From assembly GCA_965248265.1 (NCBI GenBank), contig CBDFJF010000001.1, forward strand, positions 1,568,001 to 1,632,000: a stretch of 64,000 nt of DNA, written 5' to 3'. The first letter of the stretch is position 1. Each line of letters opens with the position of its first letter. Shown one piece after another: positions 34,408 through 44,774 of the stretch. The position numbers and the translations under genes are program-made. The notes below the pieces were generated by a model. That model did not search any database. It saw only the letters and a list, made by a program, of their open reading frames with translations, and had not been told where the DNA came from. Origin of the DNA: Candidatus Latescibacterota bacterium (GTDB lineage: Bacteria > Latescibacterota > UBA2968 > UBA8231).

Positions 34408-35543
34408 TTCATATCTCCCAATGTTTTTATCAGTGTGTCTACGTCAGTGCTTCCATTATAGAGGTGACCGGACACTCGCACTCTACCGGACTCACCCCAG
34501 ACGAGAATTCCCTGGTCGGCCAGACGCTTCTCAACACCTGCTGCGTCTTCCGCCTGGAAACAGGTATTGCCCGAGCGCGCCTCACGTCGCCGTGGCGAAA
34601 TCACCGTCTTGCCAATGCTGCTCAGACCTTCATCGATATACTCGGCAAGGTCGCGGGCGTGCGCCTCGATGCGCTCGATGCCGTTCTCCAGCAGAACCTC
34701 GAGCGCTCCATCCAGCAGAGCGATGACGAGCATGGCCGGATTGCCGGGTTCCATCATGTACGGCATCGACCGGGCATCGACCTCCTGAGCACGCTCTGGT
34801 TTTTCAGTCGGAAAGATATCCAGGTTGCGCCATCCGAAGCTCGAGGGCTGGATGCTGGCCTCAGCCCGTTCGCTCAAATAGCATGCAGCCGCGCCATGAG
34901 TGGAGAGCATCCATTTGTAGCTGCTGCTGACACACAGATCGGTCAATGCAGCCGGCACGGTGAGCACACCTGAGGCATGGGTGGCATCGACAGCCAGCAG
35001 TACCGGCTCCGGCTTTGCCTTGAGGCCGGCGGCCAGCCGAGCGATGTCGAGACACTGGCCTGTGTAGAATGAAACCTGACTCACCGCCAGCACCCTGGTG
35101 CGCTCATCCACGGCCGCCAGCAGATCCTCTTCGCGGACCTCCCAGTCCCGGTGCTCGACCAGGCGAGTCTCTACGCCGGCCTGCTTCAGGTTGCGCCAGG
35201 CATAAGCCACGGAGGGAAACTCCAGGTTGGTGGTGACGACGTTGTCACCCTCACGCCAGTCAAGACCGCGCGCCAGCCAGGCCATCCCTTCGGCGGCCGA
35301 AGGCGTGAAGGCGATGCGCTCGCCCGGCACTCCCCACAGCTTGCTGACCTTGTCACGGCAACGCTCTGTGCGCCCCAGGATCTCCTGCCTTCCCGCCTTG
35401 CCCTCGCCCTTCCAGCGAGCGAAATCGGCGTAGACCTCATCGTTGGCCTTCAACCAGGGGGCTTCGCCGCCGCAGGCGAGGTGGGTCATGCCCTCCAGTC
35501 CGGTGAAAACGTCTGGCGACAGCAAGGGTACAATCGCTGTCAT
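34404..35543 (-). CDS. PLP-dependent class V aminotransferase family protein
   Basis: EFPS, VDATH, SSYKWM and RVSGHLYN motifs. Confidence 0.85.
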   Translation of the reverse strand: MTAIVPLLSPDVFTGLEGMTHLACGGEAPWLKANDEVYADFARWKGEGKAGRQEILGRTERCRDKVSKLWGVPGERIAFTPSAAEGMAWLARGLDWREGDNVVTTNLEFPSVAYAWRNLKQAGVETRLVEHRDWEVREEDLLAAVDERTRVLAVSQVSFYTGQCLDIARLAAGLKAKPEPVLLAVDATHASGVLTVPAALTDLCVSSSYKWMLSTHGAAACYLSERAEASIQPSSFGWRNLDIFPTEKPERAQEVDARSMPYMMEPGNPAMLVIALLDGALEVLLENGIERIEAHARDLAEYIDEGLSSIGKTVISPRRREARSGNTCFQAEDAAGVEKRLADQGILVWGESGRVRVSGHLYNGSTDVDTLIKTLGDMK

Positions 35544-35552
35544 GTGAGCGAA

Positions 35553-36992
35553 TCAGTCAATACGGAAGGAATAGAGTTTCGCGTTCTTGATATGGAACTG
35601 CAGCCGCTGAGGCCGCCTGAGGGCTGGCTCGTAGTCGGCTCTCTCATCGCCGTCGCCGCATTCCCTGGTCAGCCTCCGCCCACCCTTCCAGGTCACTTCG
35701 CAGCACAAGCCGTCGTCAGTTACTGGAATCGCATCGTTCAGGGAGCATCCTTCCACAGGCTCGCCGTCAGCATCGAGCACCTCGACGGCGATACTGCCGT
35801 GGGCGGCGTCGGCGTTCAGCGTCAGGTTGCTGCCGGTAAAACGCAAAGGCTCCGTCGTCAGCACGCCTTCCCTCCCGGATGGTTCCATGGAAACGATTCT
35901 GCCGCGGGGCAATTTGGCCAGACCCGCGCTGAACGCTTTGAGCTCACCATCCATCACATTGCCGATCCAGGCTTTCTGAGATCCGCGCTTGCCTTCTCCG
36001 TCGCCGGGGGGAGTGTGCGGGAAGTTGGCCGCCAGATAGTAGAGGTAGAGCTCGTCATCCACTGGGATCATCGTGCAGACGCAGGAGTAGTAACTGTCGA
36101 ACGTTCCTGGAGCCCCATTCGTGAGGATGTATTGTCTGTCGGCGGCTCGTTCCCAGATCACGCCATCGCGACTGACCGTGAGTTGGGTGTTCAGGGTCTG
36201 AATCGCGTACTCGGGGTCGTTGTCGTAAACCCACAGAAAACCGAGGTAGATGCTCTCGTATTTGATCACGGGCATGCGGTAGAACTCTTCGTAGCGGCCG
36301 TCCTGCTCATCCGGCACCATGACCACTACGGCGGGACCCCAGTGGATGAAGTCGTCACTCGTCGACCACGCCACGGACCTCTTGGGGGGATCCATGTTTT
36401 CGACATGGGGACGCATGTAAACGACGTACTGGCCGTGATCGGGATCCCAGCCGAAGACGGTCTGTCCATCCGTGGTTCCGTGACTCAGCGGCATGACCGG
36501 ATTACCGGGCACGTCCTCCCAATTGATTCCGTCGAGAGAGAACGCGGCGAAGTGTCCTTTGCCCATCCAGCGCACGTCGGGGTCGCGCAGCGAGTGCCAG
36601 TAAAGCCCTTTGTACCGTTTGGAGGGATCCTCCTCCTCGAGATCCTTCGTCACCGTGAGGTTGCGACCCCGACGCACCAGATTGTTGTCCGAGGAACCGT
36701 CGACCTCCATTACTCCCAGGTTGGGCTTGTCCCAGCTGATTCCATCCTTCGACGTGGCATATGCGACTCCCTGCGCGGTGTCGTACCACATCTTGAAGAT
36801 GTTATCCTGTGCATCGAAGTGGACAGAGTTTCCCAGGATGCGGGCCAACCAGCCCTCCCCGGGTCCATCTCCTTGCAACACAGGACGTTCATTTTTCTCC
36901 GGCGTCTGGACGACCCGCTTGAGACCCGTCATCGTGTCGATGAGGTGATCGTCTACGAAGAACTGGTCGTCACAGCGTATGAAACGACTCAT
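35553..36992 (-). CDS. Five-bladed beta-propeller glycoside hydrolase-like protein (GH32/130-like)
   Basis: Repeated SxDGxxW Asp-boxes and W.KPNLG. Confidence 0.7.
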   Translation of the reverse strand: MSRFIRCDDQFFVDDHLIDTMTGLKRVVQTPEKNERPVLQGDGPGEGWLARILGNSVHFDAQDNIFKMWYDTAQGVAYATSKDGISWDKPNLGVMEVDGSSDNNLVRRGRNLTVTKDLEEEDPSKRYKGLYWHSLRDPDVRWMGKGHFAAFSLDGINWEDVPGNPVMPLSHGTTDGQTVFGWDPDHGQYVVYMRPHVENMDPPKRSVAWSTSDDFIHWGPAVVVMVPDEQDGRYEEFYRMPVIKYESIYLGFLWVYDNDPEYAIQTLNTQLTVSRDGVIWERAADRQYILTNGAPGTFDSYYSCVCTMIPVDDELYLYYLAANFPHTPPGDGEGKRGSQKAWIGNVMDGELKAFSAGLAKLPRGRIVSMEPSGREGVLTTEPLRFTGSNLTLNADAAHGSIAVEVLDADGEPVEGCSLNDAIPVTDDGLCCEVTWKGGRRLTRECGDGDERADYEPALRRPQRLQFHIKNAKLYSFRID

Positions 36993-37651
36993 GAGGTGCT
37001 CCGGTCTCGGGGCTCATCTGCGACGGCAACCCCGATCATGCTGTCGCGCGTTATCAGATTGGCCAGTTCCTCTTCACTGAATCCATCTGTGCCAACCGGT
37101 CGCATCGGCATCACCAGATATCGCAGCTCGGCGTTGGAGTCATGCACCCGCACCTCCACATCATCAGCGATGATGGTGCCGAACTCGCGCAATACGGCGC
37201 GAGGCTCGCGGACCAGACGCGATCGGTAGGAGGCGGTCTTGTACCACGTTGGAGGTCGTCCGAGCAGGGTCCTGGGGTAGCATGAACACAAGGTACATGT
37301 GACCACGTTGTGAACAGTCGGGGTGTTCTCCAACACCGTCAGCACGGTGTACCCCGGATCGCAGCCGAGCTTCGTCACCGCGGCGTTGCCGTCTGTGAGC
37401 AATTCTGATTTGAATCCGGGATCCGACCATGCCCTGGCGATGACCCGCGCACCATGGGTCGAAGGCTCCACCGATTCTATCCTGGCGATCTGCTCCCGTA
37501 GTTCCGTAGCGGTGTAGACGCCTTTCTCGATCAGCAGCTCGTTCAGCGCGAGACCCATCAATTCATAGTCGGACGACGGCTCGGGATGATCGGGTTGAGG
37601 GGGATGCCTGTGCCCGGGACTATGATCATGCTCGTGATCGTGATCAGCCAC
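36989..37651 (-). CDS. Cobalt-type nitrile hydratase alpha / thiocyanate hydrolase gamma-like subunit
   Basis: CTLCSCYP metal motif, PPTWYK...YRSRLVREPR and RYLVMPMRP. Confidence 0.92.
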   Translation of the reverse strand: MADHDHEHDHSPGHRHPPQPDHPEPSSDYELMGLALNELLIEKGVYTATELREQIARIESVEPSTHGARVIARAWSDPGFKSELLTDGNAAVTKLGCDPGYTVLTVLENTPTVHNVVTCTLCSCYPRTLLGRPPTWYKTASYRSRLVREPRAVLREFGTIIADDVEVRVHDSNAELRYLVMPMRPVGTDGFSEEELANLITRDSMIGVAVADEPRDRSTS

Positions 37652-37961
37652 CGTGCGTCTCCCGGCTCGGTTCGAGCCAGTTCTCGAAAATCTCCAGGTC
37701 CAGCGTATCATGAGCAGGGCCCTCGTAGTCTGGCCACAGATCGCGCTGCTTCAGACGCACCCGGTACACGGAGTGAAAGGATGCCCCCGATTTCCCGTAC
37801 GCCACCTCTTCCGGTTGCGCGAACTCCTGGGGGCACACACGCTCTACAACGCCGACTCGGCCTTTGGCGTAGGAGGGAACGCGGTGATGCCGGGGCTCCT
37901 TGCGAGACGAAACACGCACGCGATCACCAGGCTTGAAGTGCGCCTTATCGCGTTCCATCAC
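37644..37961 (-). CDS. Nitrile hydratase beta C-terminal SH3-like subunit (ScnA-like)
   Basis: FKPGDRVRV, HHRVPSYAKG, YRVR, DLW and IFENWLE motifs. Confidence 0.85.
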   Translation of the reverse strand: MMERDKAHFKPGDRVRVSSRKEPRHHRVPSYAKGRVGVVERVCPQEFAQPEEVAYGKSGASFHSVYRVRLKQRDLWPDYEGPAHDTLDLEIFENWLEPSRETHGG

Positions 37962-38284
37962 GCCTTCCCTCTCGAACGGATCTCTGCGATGCGCGTATCG
38001 AGCTCTACTCGCGTCACGAGCCCTTTGTCGATCGCATGAGCCGCGGCCGAGCTTGCCCAGCGCTCGTAGTAGCTGAGTTTCTCGTACACGTCTGGCCCCA
38101 GCGCTTCGATCCCTCTACGCAGCTGGGCGAAATCCTCGATGATCCCCTTGTTGAAAATCAACATCACCATCGCGTCCACCTGGCGCTCCCAGTAGGCGGC
38201 ATCGTGTTCGCGTCGATCGATGGCTTCGCCGGGGAGACCGCCCAGATCATGGGGACCGATACGCTCTGGTCTATCGTCTGTCAT
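37958..38284 (-). CDS. Nitrile hydratase beta N-terminal subunit (ScnB-like)
   Basis: HDLGG, WERQVDA, LRRGIE and YYERW motifs. Confidence 0.85.
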   Translation of the reverse strand: MTDDRPERIGPHDLGGLPGEAIDRREHDAAYWERQVDAMVMLIFNKGIIEDFAQLRRGIEALGPDVYEKLSYYERWASSAAAHAIDKGLVTRVELDTRIAEIRSRGKA

Positions 38285-38352
38285 GGTAAAGAATAGAATA
38301 CATACGGCGAGTCGTTGTGTCTTCTCCGGTGCATCGGCGTGTTGCGGACAAT

Positions 38353-39522
38353 CTATCCTACACGCTCAGCCAGTTCGCCCACGGAGGAGCAACCGAGCTG
38401 CATCATGTTGTTCTTGAGATCAGCAATCAGAATCTCAGCGGTGTGGTCGCCACCCCGCTTGCCGAGGGCGGCTACGCCGTACATGAAGGCACGGCCGAGC
38501 AGAACGAAGTCAGCGCCCAGAGCGAGAGCACGCGCGATGTCGAGTCCACTCTGGACACCACTGTCGAATAGTATTTTAGCGCGATCCCCGACCGCGCCGG
38601 CAATGGCTGGCAGCACTGAGATCGCCGCCGGAGCGCCGTCGAACTGTCGCCCCCCATGGTTGGAGACCATAATGCCGTCATACCCCAGCGTCACGGCGCG
38701 CTCGGCCTGGTCGACACCGAGCACACCCTTGAGCACGAGCGCCCCCTTCCACTCGTCGCGCACCTCCTGCAGGTATTCCCAGTCGAGAGTGCCACCCAGC
38801 TCCTGCCCGATGAAGGAGAGCATGTCCCGCATGTCACGCCCATCCAGGTACTTCTCCAGACCCAGAAAGCGCGGCTTCCCCGCGAACAGCGTCGCCAGCG
38901 ACCAGGCCGGACGCACGGCGCAGCGATAGAGCATCAGTGCGGTCATTTTCGGCGGCACGATGACGCCGGCACGCAGCTGGCGTTCGCGCCGGCTGGCAGT
39001 AGGCAGATCGGCGGTTACCAACAAGGTCGTGAAACCAGAATCCTGAGCACGCACAAGCAAATCGCGCCGAATGTCGGGCCGGCGTGGCGGATAGAGCTGA
39101 AACCAGCCCATGCCATCGGCCAGGGGCCCGATCCTCTCCGGCGCGTCGGTGGCAGCGGTGCTAAGCGCATATGGGAAGCGATACTTGGCGGCGGCTCGCG
39201 CGAGAATCTGCTCAGCGCGCGGCCACATCAGTGCGGTCAGGCCAACGGGTGAGACTCCAAAAGGAGTGGCGTAGGGGATTCCGAACAGAGTCGTCGAGAT
39301 GTCGGGCTCGAACACGCCCTTCATGAACTGCGGCATCAACGTGACAGCCGAAAGCTCCTCTCGATTGCGCCTCACACACTCATCGGCTCCGGTGCCGCTG
39401 TCGAGGTACTCCCAGGCAAAGTGGGGGATACGACGGCGCGCCCTCCGCCGCAGGTCAGTGACGGAGGGGTACCGGTTCATGAGCTGGCTGTTGTGGCCTC
39501 CCATGTTACCGCGTCTGCTCAA
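38353..39522 (-). CDS. FMN-dependent alpha-hydroxy acid oxidase/dehydrogenase
   Basis: WFQLY, VLKG, SNHGGRQFD and DSG motifs. Confidence 0.92.
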   Translation of the reverse strand: MSRRGNMGGHNSQLMNRYPSVTDLRRRARRRIPHFAWEYLDSGTGADECVRRNREELSAVTLMPQFMKGVFEPDISTTLFGIPYATPFGVSPVGLTALMWPRAEQILARAAAKYRFPYALSTAATDAPERIGPLADGMGWFQLYPPRRPDIRRDLLVRAQDSGFTTLLVTADLPTASRRERQLRAGVIVPPKMTALMLYRCAVRPAWSLATLFAGKPRFLGLEKYLDGRDMRDMLSFIGQELGGTLDWEYLQEVRDEWKGALVLKGVLGVDQAERAVTLGYDGIMVSNHGGRQFDGAPAAISVLPAIAGAVGDRAKILFDSGVQSGLDIARALALGADFVLLGRAFMYGVAALGKRGGDHTAEILIADLKNNMMQLGCSSVGELAERVG

Positions 39523-40385
39523 CCAAAGAAACGTCGCTGGAGCAGCTTTTGGCTTTCATAGATGGAGCCGGAGAGGCCTGTTTCGATGGTATCGGGCGTC
39601 GGCACCGGAGGCACCTCCACCCAGCGAGGTTCAGCAGGTGCCTGGCCTCGAAGGATGTTTTCGTCCTTGTCCTTCTCCGGACCACCTTCCGCAGGTTCGA
39701 TCACCCAGGCGTCGGCCGCGCACATCTGCAGCAGATACAACCGGCGCGGTTTGTCGGGTGACGTGTTGGTCGCCGACGCATGGAGGCTGCGGCCGTGGTG
39801 AATGGAGATATCGCCGGCCGCCAGTTCGACGGGCACGACGTTGCCGGGGTCAAAGTCGGGATCCGTGATGCCGCCGACGAAAACGTTGCCCTGGAAATGG
39901 TTGTAGATCGGTCCCTTGTGCGAGCCGGGAACGACGAGCAGGCATCCGTTTTCCGAGGTCATGTCGTCGAGGGGAACGCCGACGGCCAGCATGTCGTCAT
40001 TGGTGCGCGCCGCGAAGGCGTAATCCTGGTGCCATTCTACCGGGCTGCCGAAGCCGGCCGCCTTCATGTTGAGTTTGCCACCGAATTGACGGACGTCGGG
40101 TCCCACCAGTTGAGCCACCATGTCGATGATGGTCTCGTTGCGCATGACCCTGTCGTAGGCCGGATGCAGCTTCTCTGGATGTTTGAGACGCCGTAACCGT
40201 GGTGCTTCGGCCGTGTGCCCCGGCTCGAGATCAAATTCGTCTGTATGATCCGTTGCGTGGCGTGACTTGTCGACGAATTCCTCCGTGACACGGCGTAGTT
40301 CCTCAATTTCGTCTGGGGGCAATAATCCGGCAACGGTAACGTAGCCGTCTGTGCGGTACTGCTTTACTTGCTCATCAGTCAGCAT
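39519..40385 (-). CDS. Phytanoyl-CoA dioxygenase (PhyH) family
   Basis: WHQD, NGCL.VVPGSH and LHAS motifs. Confidence 0.9.
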   Translation of the reverse strand: MLTDEQVKQYRTDGYVTVAGLLPPDEIEELRRVTEEFVDKSRHATDHTDEFDLEPGHTAEAPRLRRLKHPEKLHPAYDRVMRNETIIDMVAQLVGPDVRQFGGKLNMKAAGFGSPVEWHQDYAFAARTNDDMLAVGVPLDDMTSENGCLLVVPGSHKGPIYNHFQGNVFVGGITDPDFDPGNVVPVELAAGDISIHHGRSLHASATNTSPDKPRRLYLLQMCAADAWVIEPAEGGPEKDKDENILRGQAPAEPRWVEVPPVPTPDTIETGLSGSIYESQKLLQRRFFG

Positions 40386-40431
40386 GGAAAGCTCCTCCGG
40401 ATCGGCGTTCCAGATAAACTAACGCCAGATT

Positions 40432-41448
40432 TCAGAATGTCCGAATCTGCTGATTCGAGCTCGATTTCCCCGGATTTCGCGCCAGAACCTCCAGCAGGTA
40501 GTCCGGGGATCCTGGCTCGCTCGCGGGACGCTCGCGATGCCAGTCTCGATGGGTGGGTACATGCGAATCAGACAAAGGCCACGGATCGAACGGCTCATAC
40601 CCCAGCGCCGCGCGCAGCTTGCTGGAGTCCAGTGTCACATTGCCGGCGCGCGGAGGAATCGGCCCGGCCTCACCTCGTGGCCGCCCCATCAAGCAATCCG
40701 CTTCGTAGCCCCCCAGGCGATTGATGACCTGGCCGATCTCGTACAGACTCAACTGGCGTGGCGCGCCGGCGTGATAGAGCCCGGACAGATCGCTGCGAAG
40801 GACCGTCTCGAACAGTCCGTTGAGACAGTCCGTGTAGGTTGGCGTCCTCACTTCATCATAGTAGAGCGTCGCCGGCCGGGACTTGGCAAATCGCGATCCT
40901 ATCCAGTCGATGGCGCCGGCGTGGCCGTTGAAACTGATCCCCATCGGCAGCGAAATCCGCAGGACACAGGCGTCAGCGCGCTCGCTGAGAAACATCTGCT
41001 CGGCATCGACCATGGTTTCACCGTACACAGTGACCGGATCCGTCGGATCATCCTCGACGTGATTTCCGGAACCCGTTCCTGAATACACCAGGTCGATGGA
41101 AAGCGTGATGATCCGGGTTGCCTCCGAAGCCGCCGCCAGCAGTCCGTTGACGCTGTCGACGTTGATACGTCGGGCGTTCTCCGGATCGTACTCGCACGAC
41201 TTTAATCTGCATGTTCCTTCGCAGTTGATGACCGAGGCGAATTCGTGCTCGTCGAAAAGCCGCTTCATGCCGTCGGCGTCATAGGCATTGAGCGCTCGAA
41301 TGCCCTCGCCCTGCAGCAGCCAGTTGTCTACACGGCGGGTGCCGATCACCTGACCCGGATGGTTGAAGCGGAAGTAATCGAGGGCGTTGTAACCGGGGAC
41401 GCCAGCTACCCCGGTGATGAGCATGGGAAACAGATCTCGGTTCGACAT
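40432..41448 (-). CDS. RmlD-like sugar nucleotide reductase
   Basis: ITG..GVPG, DLVYSG, PVTVYG and EVRTPT motifs. Confidence 0.8.
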   Translation of the reverse strand: MSNRDLFPMLITGVAGVPGYNALDYFRFNHPGQVIGTRRVDNWLLQGEGIRALNAYDADGMKRLFDEHEFASVINCEGTCRLKSCEYDPENARRINVDSVNGLLAAASEATRIITLSIDLVYSGTGSGNHVEDDPTDPVTVYGETMVDAEQMFLSERADACVLRISLPMGISFNGHAGAIDWIGSRFAKSRPATLYYDEVRTPTYTDCLNGLFETVLRSDLSGLYHAGAPRQLSLYEIGQVINRLGGYEADCLMGRPRGEAGPIPPRAGNVTLDSSKLRAALGYEPFDPWPLSDSHVPTHRDWHRERPASEPGSPDYLLEVLARNPGKSSSNQQIRTF

Positions 41449-41460
41449 GCTTTTGGGGAT

Positions 41461-41893
41461 CTAAAACGTACTCATGTCGAGGTCGAAGCGCGTGTGCTCG
41501 TAGGTGGCAAAATCGGTCACAACATCCAATTCGACTGCGGCGCCTGAAATTCCGGCTTGTAGATCCCGGCGAGAATGCCACCCATGCCCTGCAACACAGC
41601 CCCAAGGCCCAGAGACTTGAAGAAACGGCCAGGGATCGCGCTCGAAATACTCCGCATCCCAGTCGATGAAGATCGCCCCGGTGTCGAGGACGAGCGTCGG
41701 CTTTTCGCTGGCCGGAGATCCGATGCTGATCGGCGACCCCCCGTTGGCACCCAAGACGGTCTTTTCCGGATCGAGATGGAAACGATGGGAAGAAACAGCC
41801 AGCGCGATGCAATCCTGTTCAAGAGCAATACGCGTGTACTTGCCGGCCCCGCCGCAAATCTTCGGCCGGCACGCGCAGACAGCTTTCAGCCAT
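41461..41893 (-). pseudogene. Frameshifted remnant of an Ldh_2 (malate/lactate/ureidoglycolate dehydrogenase) family gene
   Basis: GAGKYTRIALEQDCIAL...GSPISIG..LVLD in one frame and FKSLGLGAV..GGILAG in another. Confidence 0.5.
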
Positions 41894-41922
41894 GAATTAC
41901 CGTGGCCTCCCGTCGGCGACGG

Positions 41923-42288
41923 TCATCTCCCGACGGAACGATGGGGTTGGCCACCGCCGTAGGGACGATGGCGATCCGGACTCCGTCCGCGAGCAGGCTC
42001 AGGAGTGTTTTGTGGCTTCTCTTCGCTACTTTCCTGAACTTCCTCCGCTTCGAAATAATCCCCATAGGCCTCTGCCAGAGCAGGCGTATCATTGACGTGT
42101 GCCTGCCATTCTTTTGCCACGGCGTCTGAGTCCACACACTTGTGACATGGAATGATCATGTTCAACTGATTAACCCCTTGATATCCCCGGTCAAGACAGG
42201 TCTTGCAGTTCTTCTTCGTTCGATGGTTCGAGACTATCTCTATGGCCTTGGCGAGGTGCTCGTCGGATAACTTCGGTACGTCTTCCAA
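41923..42288 (-). CDS. Small CxxC/CxxC zinc-binding protein
   Basis: CKTCLDRGYQG...PCHKC; GGAAGG SD. Confidence 0.7.
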   Translation of the reverse strand: MEDVPKLSDEHLAKAIEIVSNHRTKKNCKTCLDRGYQGVNQLNMIIPCHKCVDSDAVAKEWQAHVNDTPALAEAYGDYFEAEEVQESSEEKPQNTPEPARGRSPDRHRPYGGGQPHRSVGR

Positions 42289-42465
42289 TGTGACCTTCCT
42301 CCCTGGATCGTTAGAAAACTGGCCTTAACGTAAGATGATGGAGGAACGCTTTTCCGACAACAGTGGCACCTCAATCTCTGACTATCGATGGCAGTCCCTG
42401 TGAGACTTATCTTTTAGTCCTGGCGAACCAGATTGAAACGGCCAGATCGAACAGGAGCGTTTGCG

Positions 42466-43242
42466 ATGTGGAATGACGAACAGCTTGCAACTTACCGCGA
42501 ACAGGGCTTTCTCATGCAAAGAGGGCTCCTTTCAAAGGAGCAGGTCGACGAACTGCGCGCGGGCGCCGTCGACCTGATGACGGGAGACTCGAACCCGCCC
42601 GAAGTTGAGGTCGTGCGGGAGAAAAGCGGCCCGGTGCGGTCCGTGTTCTGTATGCACCGAAACATCGAGCCGTGGCGTGGCCTGTGTCGCTCGGAAGCCA
42701 TCGGCGCACCCATCAAGCAGATCATGGGAACGGATGCCTACATCTTTCACAGCAAACTGAACACCAAGGAGTCGTTCGAAGGCACCGTCTGGCTGTGGCA
42801 CCAGGACTACGGCTACTGGCAGTACGACGGCGTCGACGATCGCCTGGTCTCAGCCCTGATCATGCTGGATGCCAATACCATACACAACGGCTGCATCATG
42901 CTGGTCTCCGGATCACACAAATGGGGGATCCTCGAACACTACGATGACGTTGAGACGACCAGTTACAAGCAATGGTGCATCCGGCCCGAGGCGTTGCGCA
43001 GTCACCTGACGGATGAGAACTCCATCACTCCCATCGTCGGCGAGCCCGGAGACGTCTGCTTCTTCGACTGCAAAATTATCCACGGTTCCAACCACAACTT
43101 CTCCCCGCTGCCGCGTCGCTCGCTCATCTACGCCTACAGTGCAATCGACAACCTCCCGACGGGTGTCGACAATCCGCGCCCCGACTGGGTTGTTTCACGC
43201 GAGCCAGAGGCGGTAACTGCCGAGATCGCGGTACCGGTATAG
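42466..43242 (+). CDS. PhyH family dioxygenase (ectoine hydroxylase-like)
   Basis: HSKLNTK, WHQDYGYW and HGS motifs. Confidence 0.9.
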   Translation: MWNDEQLATYREQGFLMQRGLLSKEQVDELRAGAVDLMTGDSNPPEVEVVREKSGPVRSVFCMHRNIEPWRGLCRSEAIGAPIKQIMGTDAYIFHSKLNTKESFEGTVWLWHQDYGYWQYDGVDDRLVSALIMLDANTIHNGCIMLVSGSHKWGILEHYDDVETTSYKQWCIRPEALRSHLTDENSITPIVGEPGDVCFFDCKIIHGSNHNFSPLPRRSLIYAYSAIDNLPTGVDNPRPDWVVSREPEAVTAEIAVPV

Positions 43243-43247
43243 ATGAA

Positions 43248-44774
43248 ATGCGAATTCTGATAACTGGAGCAACCAGCGAGCTGGGTCGCGCGCTTTCGAC
43301 CCAACTCAAGGCCCGAGGTCACCAACTTCGACTGGTCGACGGCGAAGCCGTAACGGCCGGAGCCAACTCGGAGGCCTGCGTCGCCGACCTGACCGACGGC
43401 GACAGCATGTGGCAGGCCGTCCGCGACATCGATGCCGTCGTCCATACCGGAGAAGCGCCATCGAATACCCCCTCCGACCCCGAGGCTCGCGGGGTTTTTC
43501 TCCTCGACTACTACACCCGGGGCACCCACGTGCTGTTGAAGGCGGCAGTCGAAGCAGGGGTAAGGCGTTTCGTTTACGGCAGCACGCTGGACCTGTTTCG
43601 GCCATACCCGGACGATGTCTACATCAGCGAGATGTGGCGCCCCTTGCCGACGCCGGATGTCGAACCCATGAGTCGCTACCTGGGCGAGCTCACCTGCCGC
43701 GAGTTCGCCCGCGACCATCTGATAGCCGTCACCGCCCTCCGCCTGGGGACCATCGCCCTGGAAGAGGACGTTGTCGGGCAGACGCCGGACCTGGCCTGGC
43801 TGGATCGCCGGGATGCGGTCGAGACATTCTGTAGTGCTCTGGAACGTGACGGGGAGAATCACGCCAACTGGCAGCGCCGGTGGAGACTGTTCCACGTGTG
43901 CGCGAAGCCGCCCAACCCCAGGTATCTCAACGCCGCTCAGATCATCCAGCCGCAGCATAATTTTGACGCGGCATGGAAAGCGGCAGGAGACACTCAACCC
44001 CTGTGGCCGCCGTTCAGCCAGAAACTCTCAGCGACGGCGACGACTTCGGCCTCTGACCGGAAGAAGGTGCTGTTCCTCGGGGCCTCGGGATTGATCGGAC
44101 CCTTCCTCACACCAGGACTGGAACCCCACTATGGCTTGACCCCGGCAGATGTGAAACCCCACCCGGACGGTAAACCGGTCGAACACGTTGACGTCACCGA
44201 GTACGCGCAGGTGCTGGAAGCCGCGCGCGGACACGACGCCATCATGAACTACACCGTCGTCCGCAACGACGGCGACCTGAGTTTCCACGTCAACATACGC
44301 GGCGCATGGAACGTCATGCGCGCCGCGGCGGAGCTGGGCATTCGCAAGGTTCTGCACAGCGGGCCGGAGTACGTCCGTACGCATTATGACCACGAATTCG
44401 ACATCGACAACCCGCCCTCAGCGGCAGGAACCGGGTGGTACCCCCTGACGAAGATGCTCAGCCGGGAGATCTGCCGGATCTATGCCCGCACCCACGGAAT
44501 CGTCACGCCCTGTTTCGTATTCAATGGACTGGGGCCGGCGCCAACTGAAGCAATGACGGAGAGGGATTTCCCGCCGTTCACCATCGTCTGGGAGGACCTG
44601 CAGAACGCCTGTCGCCTGGGCCTGGAAATTGAGTCGCTGGGAGAGAGCAACTACGAGGAGTTCAGCCTGCACTCCCATCTGGGCCAGGGCAAGTTCTCCA
44701 TCGACCGGGCCCACAGAGTCCTCGGGTACGAGCCGGCGCACGACTGGTCACGCTTCTTCAAACGGCCTCGTTGA
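43248..44774 (+). CDS. Tandem two-domain NAD-dependent epimerase/dehydratase
   Basis: Two Rossmann starts (ITGATSELG; LGASGLIG). Confidence 0.8.
   Translation: MRILITGATSELGRALSTQLKARGHQLRLVDGEAVTAGANSEACVADLTDGDSMWQAVRDIDAVVHTGEAPSNTPSDPEARGVFLLDYYTRGTHVLLKAAVEAGVRRFVYGSTLDLFRPYPDDVYISEMWRPLPTPDVEPMSRYLGELTCREFARDHLIAVTALRLGTIALEEDVVGQTPDLAWLDRRDAVETFCSALERDGENHANWQRRWRLFHVCAKPPNPRYLNAAQIIQPQHNFDAAWKAAGDTQPLWPPFSQKLSATATTSASDRKKVLFLGASGLIGPFLTPGLEPHYGLTPADVKPHPDGKPVEHVDVTEYAQVLEAARGHDAIMNYTVVRNDGDLSFHVNIRGAWNVMRAAAELGIRKVLHSGPEYVRTHYDHEFDIDNPPSAAGTGWYPLTKMLSREICRIYARTHGIVTPCFVFNGLGPAPTEAMTERDFPPFTIVWEDLQNACRLGLEIESLGESNYEEFSLHSHLGQGKFSIDRAHRVLGYEPAHDWSRFFKRPR

Noticed and set aside
35151-37229. 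692-aa + strand ORF and similar long antisense ORFs (e.g. 45894..47072, 60169..61146)
   Set aside because: These are shadow frames of well-supported opposite-strand genes in GC-rich DNA and show no motifs.
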